The position numbers and the translations under genes are program-made. Positions 1-11,474 of a stretch of 64,000 nucleotides of DNA are shown here, one piece after another. The notes under the pieces are model-generated. The model did not search any database. It had not been told where the DNA came from and saw only the letters and a list, made by a program, of their open reading frames with translations. Source of the DNA: TPA_inf: Saccharomyces. Its lineage: Eukaryota. The stretch lies in the NCBI GenBank assembly GCA_000146045.2, contig BK006943.2:1-64000 (forward strand), written 5' to 3'. Within the stretch, counting starts at the first letter, position 1. Every line of letters begins with the position of its first letter.

Positions 1-61
1 CCCACACACACACCACACCCACACCCACACACACCACACCCACACACCACACCCACACCAA
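1..61. repeat. Terminal telomeric C1-3A/TG1-3 repeat tract (left telomere, C-rich strand shown)
   Basis: Irregular CCCACA/CCACACC repeats from position 1 to about 61; typical S. cerevisiae telomerase-added tract at a left chromosome end. Confidence 0.9.
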
Positions 62-170
62 CTCTCTCTCATCTACCTTTACTCGCGCTGTCACACCTTA
101 CCCGGCTTTCTGACCGAAATTAAAAAAAATGAAAATGAAATCCTGTTCTTTAGCCCTACAACACTTTTAC

Positions 171-200
171 ATAGCCCTAAATAGCCCTAAATAGCCCTCA
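171..200. promoter_or_regulatory. Three tandem 10-bp units ATAGCCCTAA (CCCTAA = TTAGGG on other strand), Tbf1-type binding-site cluster
   Basis: Seen directly: atagccctaa atagccctaa atagccctca at 171-200, plus ccctac at 155-160. TTAGGG is the Tbf1 recognition motif found in subtelomeric elements. Confidence 0.4.
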
Positions 201-465
201 TTTACGTCTCCTCCAAGCCCTATTGACTCTTACCCGGAGTTTCAGCTAAAAGCTATACTTACTACCTTTATTTTATGTTTACTTTTTATAGACTGTCTTT
301 TCATCCTACTCCTTCGCACTTGTCTCTCGCTACTGCCGTGCAACAAACACTAAATCAAAACAGTAAAATACTACATCAAAACGCATATTCCCTAGAAAAA
401 AATTTTCTTACAATATACTATACTACACAATACATAATCAGTGACTTTCGTAACAACAATTTCCT

Positions 466-3400
466 TCACTCTCCAACTTCTCTGCTCGAATCCCTACATA
501 ATAATATATCAAATCTACCGTCTGGAACATCATCGCTATCCAGCTCTTTGTGAACCGCTACCATCAGCATGTACAGTGGTACCCTCGTGTCATCTGCAGC
601 GAGAACTTCAACGTTTGCCAAATCAAGCCAATGTGGTAACAACCACACCTCCGAAATCTGCTCCAAAAGATACTCCAGTTTCTGCCGAAATGTTTTATTG
701 TAGAACAGCCCTATCAGCATCGAGAGGAATGCCGTCCAATGCGGCACTTTAGATGGGGTAACTCCCAGCGCAATCTGATCTCGCAAGTGCATTCCTAGAC
801 TTAATTCATATCTGCTCCTCAACTGTCGATGATGCCTGCTAAACTGCAGCTTGACGTACTGCGGACCCTGCAGTCCAGCGCTCGTCATGGAACGCAAACG
901 CTGAAAAACTCCACCTTTCTCGAGCGCTTCCACAACAACCGTATCGTCTTTTGCCTCCCATTCTTCCTGGCACTTTTTTTCGTCCCAGTTCAAAAAGTAC
1001 TGCAGCACCTCTGTCTTCGATTCACGCAAGTTGCTCCATACTTTAAAATACAACTCTTTGATCTGCCTTCCAGACATGCGGAAAACTTGGCTCCCTTGCT
1101 TGCCTCTTGTCGAATCCAATACACTAATTGTTTCTCTTCTTCTAGTAATGGCCAGGTACCAAGCATAATTTCTCTGTATCTGAGAGTAGATCTCTCTCCT
1201 TTTTACGCTAAAATATTTCAAATATCCTACAGGGTCCCCATGATATGGCTCGATGTCTTCCAAGTATTCTTTGTATTCCTCGTCATTTCGCAGCATTCTC
1301 TCCACAGCTAGTGCTTCCCAAGCTATCCTCCGATACGATACTTTCTGGCCAGCCCAACAGACACAGAGCTCGAACATCTTTTGACAGCCCTTGCATAATC
1401 CGTATTGTGTGAACACTCCCTCTGGGCAGAAGTATATGTCAATACCATAGAGGAAAAGATGTTTAATTTCGTCAGACCGAAATCCAAGAAACTGTAAGAC
1501 ATTCATATTCTCGGAAGTATTGGGAAATTGTGCTTTCAGTTTCTTTCTCTCTAGCAAAACCATTTGACTCCCTTTCCGCTTATACGACTCTTTGTTAATG
1601 TCGGTGACTGGATGGAATCTATTATCCTCAGCATTGCCATCTTTATTGGCGTCCTCCTTGGCACTAGCGTTGGTACTTTCAGTGGTAGTAGCACTAGTGT
1701 TGGAGTTGGTACTTTCGGTGGTAGCAGCACTAGTGTTGGAGTTGGTACTTTCAGTGGTAGTAGCATTAGTGCTGGAGTTGGTACTTTCAGTGGTAGTAGC
1801 ATTAGTGCTGGAGTTGGTACTTTCAGTGGTAGTAGCATTAGTGTTGGAGTTGGTACTTTCAGTGGTAGTAGCATTAGTGCTAGAGTTGATACTTTTAGTG
1901 GTAGTAGCACTAGTCCTGACGTTGATGCTGGCAGTGGTAGTCGCACTAGTGCTGGAGTTGGTACTTTCAGTGGTAGTAGCACTAGTCCTGACGTTGATGC
2001 TGGCAGTGGTAGTAGCACTAGTGTTGGAGTTGGTACTTTCGGTGGTAGTAGCATTAGTGCTGGAGTTGGTACTTTCAGTGGTAGTCGCATTAGTGCTGGA
2101 GTTGGTACTTTCAGTGGTAGTAGCACTAGTCCTGACGTTGATGCTGGCAGTGGTAGTAGCACTAGTCCTGACGTTGGTGCTGGCAGTGGTAGTAGCATTA
2201 GTGCTGGAGTTGGTAGTCGCATTGGTACTGGCATTGGTGGTCGCATTAGTACTGGCATTGGTACTGGCATTGGTAGTCGCATTAGTACTAGCATTGGTAG
2301 TCGCATTAGTCCTGACGTTGGTACTAGCAGTGGTAATCGCATTAGTACTGGCGTTAGTACTGGCATTAGCACTACCATGAATGCACGTGTTGCTGTCCTC
2401 ATCACTGCTGCAATACTTTCTGTACCTGTCACTGCTATTGCTCTCCTGGAAGCTAGACGGTAACGCAACGATCGACATGGAAGCTGTCGCCTGTTTTTCA
2501 GCCAATCTGTCCATTCTTTCTATCAGTTCCACTGTGTCAGCAGACAGGTCTGTCCTGGAGCCACAGCATCCAACATGCTGGCCCTTTTTTCCTTTCTTTG
2601 ATTCAAGTCCATAGAACTCGCGTACCTGTTCGGTTATACAGCCTTCCTTAATTGGTGGTAATTCACCCTTACGATTCCTTGCCGCCCAACTGTTTTTTCT
2701 AGATAATAGATAACAGAGGCCCCCATCTCTTAGTCTCCCTACACCTTGAATGAGCTCAATAATATTAAGTCTATTATCAAGCATGATCACCATCATCAAT
2801 TGCTTAATGTCAATTCCTTCAGTCACTAATTTCGTTCCGATGAGAACTTGCATGCTACCGTCAGTGACAAACTCCTTTGTGCGAGACACCTTTTCTGCAG
2901 CACCCAGCTTCCCGTGTATCCATACCACCCTAAAATACTTTCTCCAAGAGCAGGCCAATTCTTCCACTTCGTTGGTTGTGCTTGCAACTACAATGGCCTT
3001 CGACTCTGGTTCACTTTCAAAGAGGGCTAAAAGAAGCTTCAGTGCTTCTTCGGGCTGTGATTCCACTTTCTTCCGAATTTTATGAACATGCCCTAAAGGC
3101 ACCTCGGATTTCTCCTTGATTAGATTAAACATCCGTGTTGGATAGCTGGATAGACCTCTGCTGAGATCTTCCGACCGTTTGAGCTCGTTGATGTCCATCG
3201 ATTTCTTGGCCAGTCCCGTAAGCCCAATACGCTGCAACGCAGCATCAGCTACAGCCTCAGGGGCTGTGCCGCTCAAAAAGATTGCTTTCTCAAAAGCGTC
3301 AAAATCAAGGTTAGTTATGCCCCCAAATTGCGACTGCCGGTAGACCTCCGTTTCAAAGTTGTGAAACTCATCTACAATGAGGTAACCCAATTTTACGTTG

Positions 3401-6130
3401 TTGGTCCTAAAGGTGCACTCAACAATATTCTCCCACGCAGCTATCCTGTCTGTGAAATTAGTGCTAGCAAGATCATCGTAGATCCCCACGTATAAATCAG
3501 TAACGCCATCGTAACCTTCTTCAATAAAGTTTCTTACAGGGGCCACATTCAAGCAACCGCGTCGGCCCAACCTGATCATGCAATTAGCAAGCAACACTGT
3601 GTACGGTACAAACAGAAACGACACATATTCCACGTCGCCCTTAGATGCCAGTGCTATCAAGGGGAGATGAAATAACTCCGTCTTACCATAGCCCGGTGGG
3701 GCCTGTACTGCCACAGAGGGTGTGTCTGCCATGTATATTTCATAACATAAGCGCAACTGATGCAAGTCCCTGAATTCAAAGGAGCTGCCAAAGAGTTTCT
3801 GGCCTGCGACGAGGATATCGTTTGTACTCTTGGGCTCTCGGGGCCTTTTTCGCGTTACTCTTGAAATTTTTTGATGATGATTTGAACTCGCCGCCTCACC
3901 TGCCACTACGTCTTCCGCATTCCGAGTACTGGAGAATGAACAATGGTAGTCGCTTTCAAGGCCTAACCACTGAATCCAGCGCTCGGAAGCTCGTTCCTGC
4001 AATAAAGTGGCGGTCGTCCCACTGACACTAGTTAACGAAAAGGAATCCACACCGTAAATATTTCGCCCTGTTTGAACGGAATGATTGGCCATGAGTTCAC
4101 TCGTCGCCGACTCGTACAAATCTGTTTCAAATCTGCTACCTACGCAGTGCCGTCCTAGGGCAATCAACCCCTGACGCATCTCCCGAAAATTCAGCTTCTG
4201 AGGTGCATTCTTCGGAAGTTCCCTCATGTACTGCCGAAAAGTTGCGTATTCAACCAGACAGCCCTTCGCGGTATTCAGAAACATGTAGGAATACAAAACT
4301 ATCCTCGAAATGTCTCGATTTGTTACTTGATTTGGATCCTCAAATCCCACCACATCCATCCAAGGATCATGATTAAAAGCGTCATAACTGTTACCAAGCG
4401 CACATATTTGCATTTGCCTTAGCACAGTGACAAAATAAAACACGTAATCTGAGGTGAGTCCGTCAAGCGTCTTTAGTCGAGGCTCCGATGAACCGTTCTT
4501 GTTGTAATCAGTGTACAGTTGGATGCGTCTTGTTGTATCATCGACGTATACGTTGCGCTGAGGACCGGCAAAAGCGAGTAGCTGAAGCTCTGGATAACGG
4601 TAAGGGTATCCTACGGCAAAATGGATCATCCACATAAGTGGCACCGTAAGCTCGTCAATTGCAACAGCGACTTTATTTTTAAGAGCCGCGGTCATTTTGT
4701 TAGTATCTCTTCTCAACTTGGGCAGCACAATTTCACGATATTTAACAGGTATCATTTGAAGAAAAGAATCGTTTTCCAGATACTCGTCAATTCCTCGCTT
4801 CGGTTCTCTGAACAAAACTTCTCGATTACGCAAAATGAGGTTGGCAATATCAACCACTGTAGGCATATAAAAGCAGTTGTTCAACTCTCCCCAAAGGTTA
4901 TCAAACTGAGCCTTGCATGCAAAGTAAAAGCCGCGGACATACTCGCGATTAAAAAAGTTTTCCACATACTGATATACCATCAGAAGAAGGTACCAAAGTT
5001 ATTCTATAAGAGTCCTTCAGCGTGGTTTCCTGCGCTACTTCGTGGTACAGAATTTTGATCCATTTCCACATTGCAACGCCGTTGTTGTCATCAAATATAT
5101 CTAAATCCCTTGCGGTACAAGCACAAGACGACACCAATAAAGCTTTCACGGCATCTAGTGTTTTTCTGAGTCTTCGTGGAGTGTTAGGACTGCGCAACTT
5201 ACATACTTTCAGGCCATGCTCGTCCACAGAGGGAATAATGGGTTCTTCATTCGTAATAGATCGATCCTCTTCGTCACCAGCGCCACCACGGGGACCCGCC
5301 CCGAAATTGAGTGCACATGCTCGCAAGATAATATGCAAAATATCACCCAATCGGTCCTTTTTGTTCATCATATCGTTACATATCTGTGAAAAGTACTTTA
5401 TCTCAATGGGTTTACGTGGGCATAGATCACGCTTCAGCCGCTCTGTGTCGACTTTCTTTTCGCCAGGTAAACTTGCTTGGTATGCAGAAAAAATCGATAG
5501 CTCATCTACGTGTAGTAACAAAAACATGTAGGGTGCCAAATTGTACCCATATTTCCTTATGGTGCTTTTCTGAAGACTCCTTACAATAGGTGCGCCGGAA
5601 ACAAAGTCAGTGAAAGTACGCATCGTAGAGCTGTCGTTCGGCCTAGCACTCGCTATTTCGTGACAACGTTCCAGGACACGGAAACTCAACTCATTATAGT
5701 ATCCTCTGTTGAGGTAAAAAAGAGAAAGGGTATCGTAATCCTTTCTATTGAATTTCAAAGTATGCACTTGAAACAACGTGTAGACCATCAAGTTGATTTT
5801 CTTGGGAATAAGATACTTTGAAGGGATTGGTCCGCCCTGGAAATCTGGTTCGTCTTCAACAAACGTCAGGAACTTTTTTACATTTTTCCCGACCATGACG
5901 GAAATGACAACTTTTTCAAAAGACCTTTTCCTATCCATTGCACCAGTTCTGAATTTTACCACTTTGATTAGGCCAGACTTTTCGTCTTCGTAGAATGACC
6001 GCACTTCCGTGGGGATCGATTCAAATAAAGTTATTGAGGGACAATGTACCAAGTCGTTTTTGTTATTTAGAGCCGACTCAAACTCGTCAAAGTTTGCTTT
6101 TTCAAACTTACGCCTATCGGAAACTTTCAT
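466..6130 (-). CDS. YJL225C: Y' element ATP-dependent helicase, YRF1 family. Two exons: complement(join(466..4581,4970..6130)), about 1758 aa
   Basis: ORF-track frames 4949..6316 (N-terminal part, first ATG at 6130 = [11 protein letters not shown]) and 466..4980 (helicase part with GYGKT Walker A and DEFH motor motifs). GTATGT on the minus strand at 4969..4964 directly follows a codon boundary. Exon 2 starting at 4581 is in frame with the downstream ORF and is preceded by CAG. TACTAAC is present at about 4700. Confidence 0.75.
1650..2390. repeat. Y' internal 36-bp tandem repeat array (about 20 copies) encoding 12-aa Ser/Thr/Asn/Ala repeats within the helicase ORF
   Basis: Repeated unit ggtagtagcactagtgttggagttggtactttcagt with minor variants. 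The translated minus-strand frame gives [12 protein letters not shown]-type repeats. Other frames and the opposite strand are also open because of the periodicity. Confidence 0.85.
4582..4969 (-). other. Spliceosomal intron of the Y' helicase gene (GTATGT ... TACTAAC ... CAG)
   Basis: 5' splice site GTATGT (minus strand 4969-4964). Branchpoint TACTAAC (plus strand gttagta near 4700). 3' CAG (plus strand ctg at 4582-4584). The intron joins the two ORF frames exactly. Confidence 0.6.
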
Positions 6131-6749
6131 TTTATTTTTGTAAGTTTCGAAATTAACAATAGTATGTTGATTGTTATGCTTTTTGACAAGAAATCCATCA
6201 ATATAAACAAAAGATTGTCCAGTTTCCGTCTTATCATCATCTAAGAATGTAATAATTAAGCTATTGAGAAGATGCAGAATCTGCGCTATGCAGGTGCAAA
6301 TCTCTAGCAGCAGCAAAGAAAATTCAGTTAATAAGAAATCTCACTAAGATAAGCGACTGTCTGTCCCCTTCAAGCACAACATAGAAAACAGAAGGATGTC
6401 TCATTCATCGCTTGATTTCCGGCCTGCAAAAATAAAGTAGTCGGTACGTACGTTCGTTTTCAATTTCCATGGTGCACAGTATCTTAACTATCTGCTTAGT
6501 CGAGGAGAACCAGGATTCTGTTCGTTGCTCAGCCGCTTCGTGGATATTCTCTTGGATACTTTAAACATGGACCTACGCTTAGCCTGCGCTTAGCCTACAA
6601 CTTCTTCCGCTATCGAAAAGACCAATATAATAAAAAGTTATAAATTACATTTCCTTATTAGGTATACGACCTCGCGCTTCGAAGTAAAGGAGCCCTTTTT
6701 GGCGTACCTACATATGGCGCGTCAGACAGACAACCTTCCCTCAAAATGT

Positions 6750-7770
6750 ATTACCCCGCCGAATAAGAAAACAGACCCATTCACCAACGACGTATCAAGT
6801 TACTTCCTTGATTTGCAATGTCCCACTATAAAAAAATTCCTTAACGCTAGATCTTTGGGCTAAAATCTGCGTCAAACAGGAAATATTGCCTATTTTCGTA
6901 CAAGGTTACTTCCTAGATGCTATATGTCCCTTTACATAATAAATTAAAAAATTTTTTTTATAAATTATAATAATTTCTTTTTATTTCTAATAGTATCTTG
7001 GGATTAAATAAATCACTTACAATATTTATTTTATTATATTGCTTTGTTCAATTAAATTTTAATACGAAATTATTTAATTGTTTTGTATTTAAAATATTTT
7101 GAATAATAAAATAATATAGAGTTTTATTATAAATTTTTCATTGATATTTAATAAATAAAGATTTCCAGCATACAGCACATAAAATATTAATTACATATGT
7201 AATTAATAATAAGGCCATATTTTGACCCTGCCATTACCCTACCATGCCCCATCTGTTACTCACTATACTGTTGTTCTACCCAACATATTGAAATGTTAAC
7301 AAATGATCGTAAATAATACACACATACTTACCCTACCACTCTAATCCCACCACCACATGCCACACTCACCCTCACTTGTATACTGATATGCCATACGCAC
7401 ACGGATGCTACAGTATATACCATCTCAACTTACCCTACTCTCATATTCCACTCCACTCCACGGCCCATTCTCACTAAATCAGTATAAATGCACTCACATC
7501 ATTATGCACGGCACTTGCCTCAGCGGTCTATACCCTGTGCCATTTACCCATAAAGCCCACGATTATCCACATTTTAATATCTATATCTCATTCGGCGGCC
7601 CCAAATATTGTATAACTGCCCTTAATACATACGTTATACCACTTTTTCACCATATACTAACCACTTAATTTATATACACTTATGCCAATATTACATAAAA
7701 ATCACCACCAAAATCACCTAAACATAAAAATATTCTATTCTTCAACAATAATACATAAACACATTGGCTT
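6750..7770. repeat. X element region (combinatorial repeats plus core X); boundaries approximate
   Basis: Non-coding AT-rich segment followed by degenerate C/A-rich telomere-like motifs (accctacca, cccaccaccaca, cactcaccctcac at about 7220-7460) and an ARS consensus match near 7720. Its position between the Y' element and the first unique gene fits the organisation of an X element. Confidence 0.4.
7719..7729 (-). promoter_or_regulatory. ARS consensus sequence match (TTTTATGTTTA) at the proximal end of the X core
   Basis: Reverse complement of plus-strand taaacataaaa is an 11/11 match to WTTTAYRTTTW. X cores characteristically carry an ACS. Confidence 0.35.
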
Positions 7771-8775
7771 GAAGTATGAGCACTATCATGGTATCACTAA
7801 CTTAAAAGATCCTTAATATTGCAATTTGCTTGAACGGATGCCATTTCAGAATATTTCGTACTTACACACACCTGACATTACAATAATATGCCACCTCACT
7901 GTCGTAACACTCTTTATTCACTGAGCTATAATACGGTAGTGGCTCGCACTCATGCGGGGGCTATGATACAATTGTATCCTATTTCCATTCCCATATGCTA
8001 ACCGCAACATCCTAAAAGCATAACTGATGCATCTTTAATCTTGTATGTGACACTACTCATACGAAGAGACTATATCTGAACAAGACGATACTGTGATAGG
8101 TACGTTATTTAATAGGATCTATAACGAAATGTCAAATAATTTTACGGTAATATAACTTATCAGCGGCGTATACTTAAACGGACGTTACGATATTGTCTCA
8201 CTTCATCTTACCACCCTCTATCTTATTGTTGATAGAACACTAACCCCTCAGCTTTATTTCTAGTTACAGTTACACAAAAAACTGTGCCAACCCAAAAATT
8301 TTGATATTTTACGTGTCAAAAAATGAGGGTCTCTAAATGAGAGTCTGATACCATGACTTGTAGCTCGCACTGCCCTGATCTGCAATCATGTTCTTAGAAG
8401 TGGCGCATATTCTATACGGCCCGACGCGACGCGCCAAAAAATGAAAAAAGAAGCAGCGACTCATTTTTATGGAAGGACAAAGTGCTGCGAAGTCATACGC
8501 TTCCAATTTCATTGTTGTTTATTGGACATACACTGTTAGCTTTATTACCGTCCACGCTTTTTCTACAATAATGTAAAAGTTTCTTTCTATGTTTATCATA
8601 TTCATAAAATGCTTCACGAACACCGTCATTGATCAAATAGGTCTATAATATTAATATACATTTATATAATCTACGGTATTTATATCATCAAAAAAAAGTA
8701 GTTTTTTATTTATTTTATTTTGTTCGTTAATTTTCAATGTCTATGGAAGCCCGTTCGTAAAATTGGCGTTTGTCT

Positions 8776-9138
8776 CTAGTTTGCGATAGTGTAGATACCG
8801 TCCTTGGATAGAGCACTGGAGATGGCTGGCTTTAATCTGCTGGAGTACCATGGGACACCGGTGATCATTCTGGTCACTTGGTCTGGAGAAATACCAGTCA
8901 ACATGGTGGTGAAGTCACCGTAGTTGAAAACGGCTTCAGCAACTTCGACTGGGTAGGTTTCAGTTGGGTGTGCGGCTTGGAACATGTAGTATTGGGCCAA
9001 GTGAGCTCTGATATCAGAGACGTAGACACCCAATTCAACCAAGTTGACTCTTTCGTCAGATTGAGCTAGAGTGGTGGTTGCGGAAGCAGTAGCAGCGATG
9101 GCAGCGACACCAGCAGCGATTGAAGTTAATTTGACCAT
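8776..9138 (-). CDS. PAU1: Seripauperin (PAU family cell-wall mannoprotein), 120 aa
   Basis: 120-aa ORF starting at an [50 protein letters not shown]..., the diagnostic PAU/seripauperin sequence. Subtelomeric position. Confidence 0.9.
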
Positions 9139-11343
9139 TGTATTTGTTTTGTTTGTTAGTGCTGATATAAGCTTAACAGGAAAGAAAAGAATAAAGACAT
9201 ATTCTCAAAGGCATATAGTTGGAGCAGCTCTATTTATACCCGTTCCTCCATCTGTCATCATTACTTAAACGATTCGTTAACAGATGCTCATTTAGTACCT
9301 CACATATTCTCCATATCTCATCTTTCACACAATCTCATTATCACTATGAAGATGTTCTTGTTTTTGAACGAATCATACATCTTTGATAGACTTCGTATGT
9401 GGAGTATTGTTTTATGGCACTCATGTGTATTCGTATGCGCAGAATGTGAGAATGCCAATTATAGGGGTGCCGAGGTGCCTTGAAAAACCCTTTTGCGCGC
9501 CTGCGAAGTTTCCATTTTCGGTCAAAAAGAATATCCGAATTTTAGATTTGGACCCTCGTACAGAAGCCTATTGTCTAAGCCTAAATTCAGTCTGCTCTAA
9601 ACGGCTTCCATGCAAGAAATATTTCTATCTCTTGAATTCGTACAACATTAAACGTGTGTTGGGAGTCGTATACTGTTAGGGTCTGCAAATATGTAAACTC
9701 TCGGCGAATGCCTTGGTGCAATTACGTAATTGTAGCCGCTGAAGGCGGATGGTATTGAGAGAAGTTGATATTCAAAGAATCTTGTATGATAAAAATAAAA
9801 TTGTAACCAGTTCGTAGTAGCAGTATTAAAACTTTGCACAGGGGGAAATATTTGATTCCGAGATGTATTCCCCCTTTTCTAGTCAGATATGAAGGAAAAA
9901 AGTGTAAGGGCAATAGATGGCGCTAATTTGTTCTATTCTATTCTAAAAACGTTTTCTAGGAAAAATATATTAATAGTTGATACTCCTTGTAATTTCTAAG
10001 TCAAAAGAAATGTCTCTATCTTTATCGTAACGGCTCATCGTTAGAGCTCAATTGTGCCTCTTGGATGTATTTCCAAAGTTCCACGTTTAATAACCCAGCC
10101 AACACAGATTCCTTTGAGAACAAATGGCTACCAAAGTTTCATTCAAATAAGCCTGACAATCAACCCCATCAAAGAGGAGCTCTTTGTTTTTCCAAACCCA
10201 TGAGAAAAAAATACAGTTCCTTTTCCATACCAAAAAATGAAGAAGAAATCATGTGCTGAGAGTTGCCTGCAGTCGTAGAAGTTTACGATCCTAACCCATT
10301 ATGTGATTCGTTGTGAGTCACCCTTCCATGATTATGTGTCCTTACTACCTACTATCCAATTACTACATATGTTTTGAACTCATATGTACCAAGCACCTAA
10401 AATTACGCACCCATTTCCATTGGCAAAGACTTGACGAAATTTAATACACTGCAATAATATCCAGCGATACTCTTCAAGAATTCCCGCCTATAATGGCGGC
10501 TCGCTGTCCGAAAGATTGCGCCGCACTTGACTGCTTCTTACACTCCTTTTTCCCAGGCGATAAACAGACTAAGCGGAAACTACGATATAATGCAGTAGAG
10601 GTCCCCCAAGAGCTGGAAAGAAAATATTAGTTTGATAGCCAGCACTATTCCATCCAGTGGGTTCTTGTACCATTTTCTGTGGTATGGCTTTGATTCAACT
10701 GCATACGTAGTTAACGCGATCAGCCGCACATGTCCATTATCATTTTCAGGGGTACTGGTAAACCCTATTGTTTAGAAAGAATATCTGGTAAGCGGGTCTG
10801 TCGAGTCTTCACTTCCTTCATACACATTTTATTGAGTAAATTATACTTAGATCCGGAATCATAACGTTGGAAAAGGAGACAAGGTTGGATAAGTTATGTA
10901 GGCGTATTTCAATAAGACGTATATGATTTAGTCTAAGAAACCGACGTATCTAGCCAGCATTCGCACTATGACGACAGTTTAACGTCGTATTGAGCAGCAT
11001 CAACTGAATATAATGAAAAAAAAAAAATCATTCCTTGAAATTCGTTCTTCCGAAAACTGCTCAAGGTGATAGCACCTCAAGAACAATTCTTCGTTTGAAT
11101 TTATTATCAAATTCATCACCGTCAGAGTTATAAGTTGCACTGTATTCCTGGTGACCCTAGTAACCCAAAATACCATTTTCTGATTTTGCAATCATATTTA
11201 TTGGCTTTAGCGAACATATGATCACCATACTATCTTGATGGTTGACCAAGAAGCGAACATCTTCGAACCAAAGTCACCGAATCTCAAGGAATGCAAAATT
11301 CGTGGCTCAGTGCTCTCAAGACAATGTTGCAACCCTTTGCGTC

Positions 11344-11346
<3 letters not shown>

Positions 11347-11375
<29 letters not shown>
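11347..11375. repeat. (TA)14 dinucleotide microsatellite about 100 bp upstream of VTH2
   Basis: tatatatatatatatatatatatatatat seen directly at 11347-11375. Confidence 0.95.
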
Positions 11376-11378
<3 letters not shown>

Positions 11379-11474
11379 GTCCGCTTTCTTTTTTTTGTCA
11401 GTTGGGTCGCAACGCAGGGTCTCGAGACCTGAAAAAAGCTTCATAGCGATATTAAAGGTAGAGGTACACCCATA

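Larger units (their letters stand above)
62..6750. repeat. Y' subtelomeric element (long class); centromere-proximal boundary approximate
   Basis: Contains the characteristic Y' helicase ORFs (two frames joined by an intron) and the Y' internal 36-bp tandem array, directly adjacent to the terminal repeats. Confidence 0.6.

Noticed and set aside
829-1311. 160-aa plus-strand ORF within the Y' element
   Set aside because: Antisense to the C-terminal part of the Y' helicase, with no motifs.
1564-2468. Plus-strand ORFs of 299 and 262 aa ([12 protein letters not shown] repeats) and a minus-strand 305-aa ORF ([10 protein letters not shown] repeats) inside the Y' element
   Set aside because: They are entirely generated by the stop-free 36-bp tandem array read in other frames or on the other strand. 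They have repetitive low-complexity composition and overlap the genuine helicase frame.
9383-11432. Several 60-100-aa ORFs between PAU1 and VTH2
   Set aside because: They are short, lack motifs and have poor start contexts, in an AT-rich intergenic region. Those positions most likely hold database-dubious small ORFs, and nothing in the sequence supports them.
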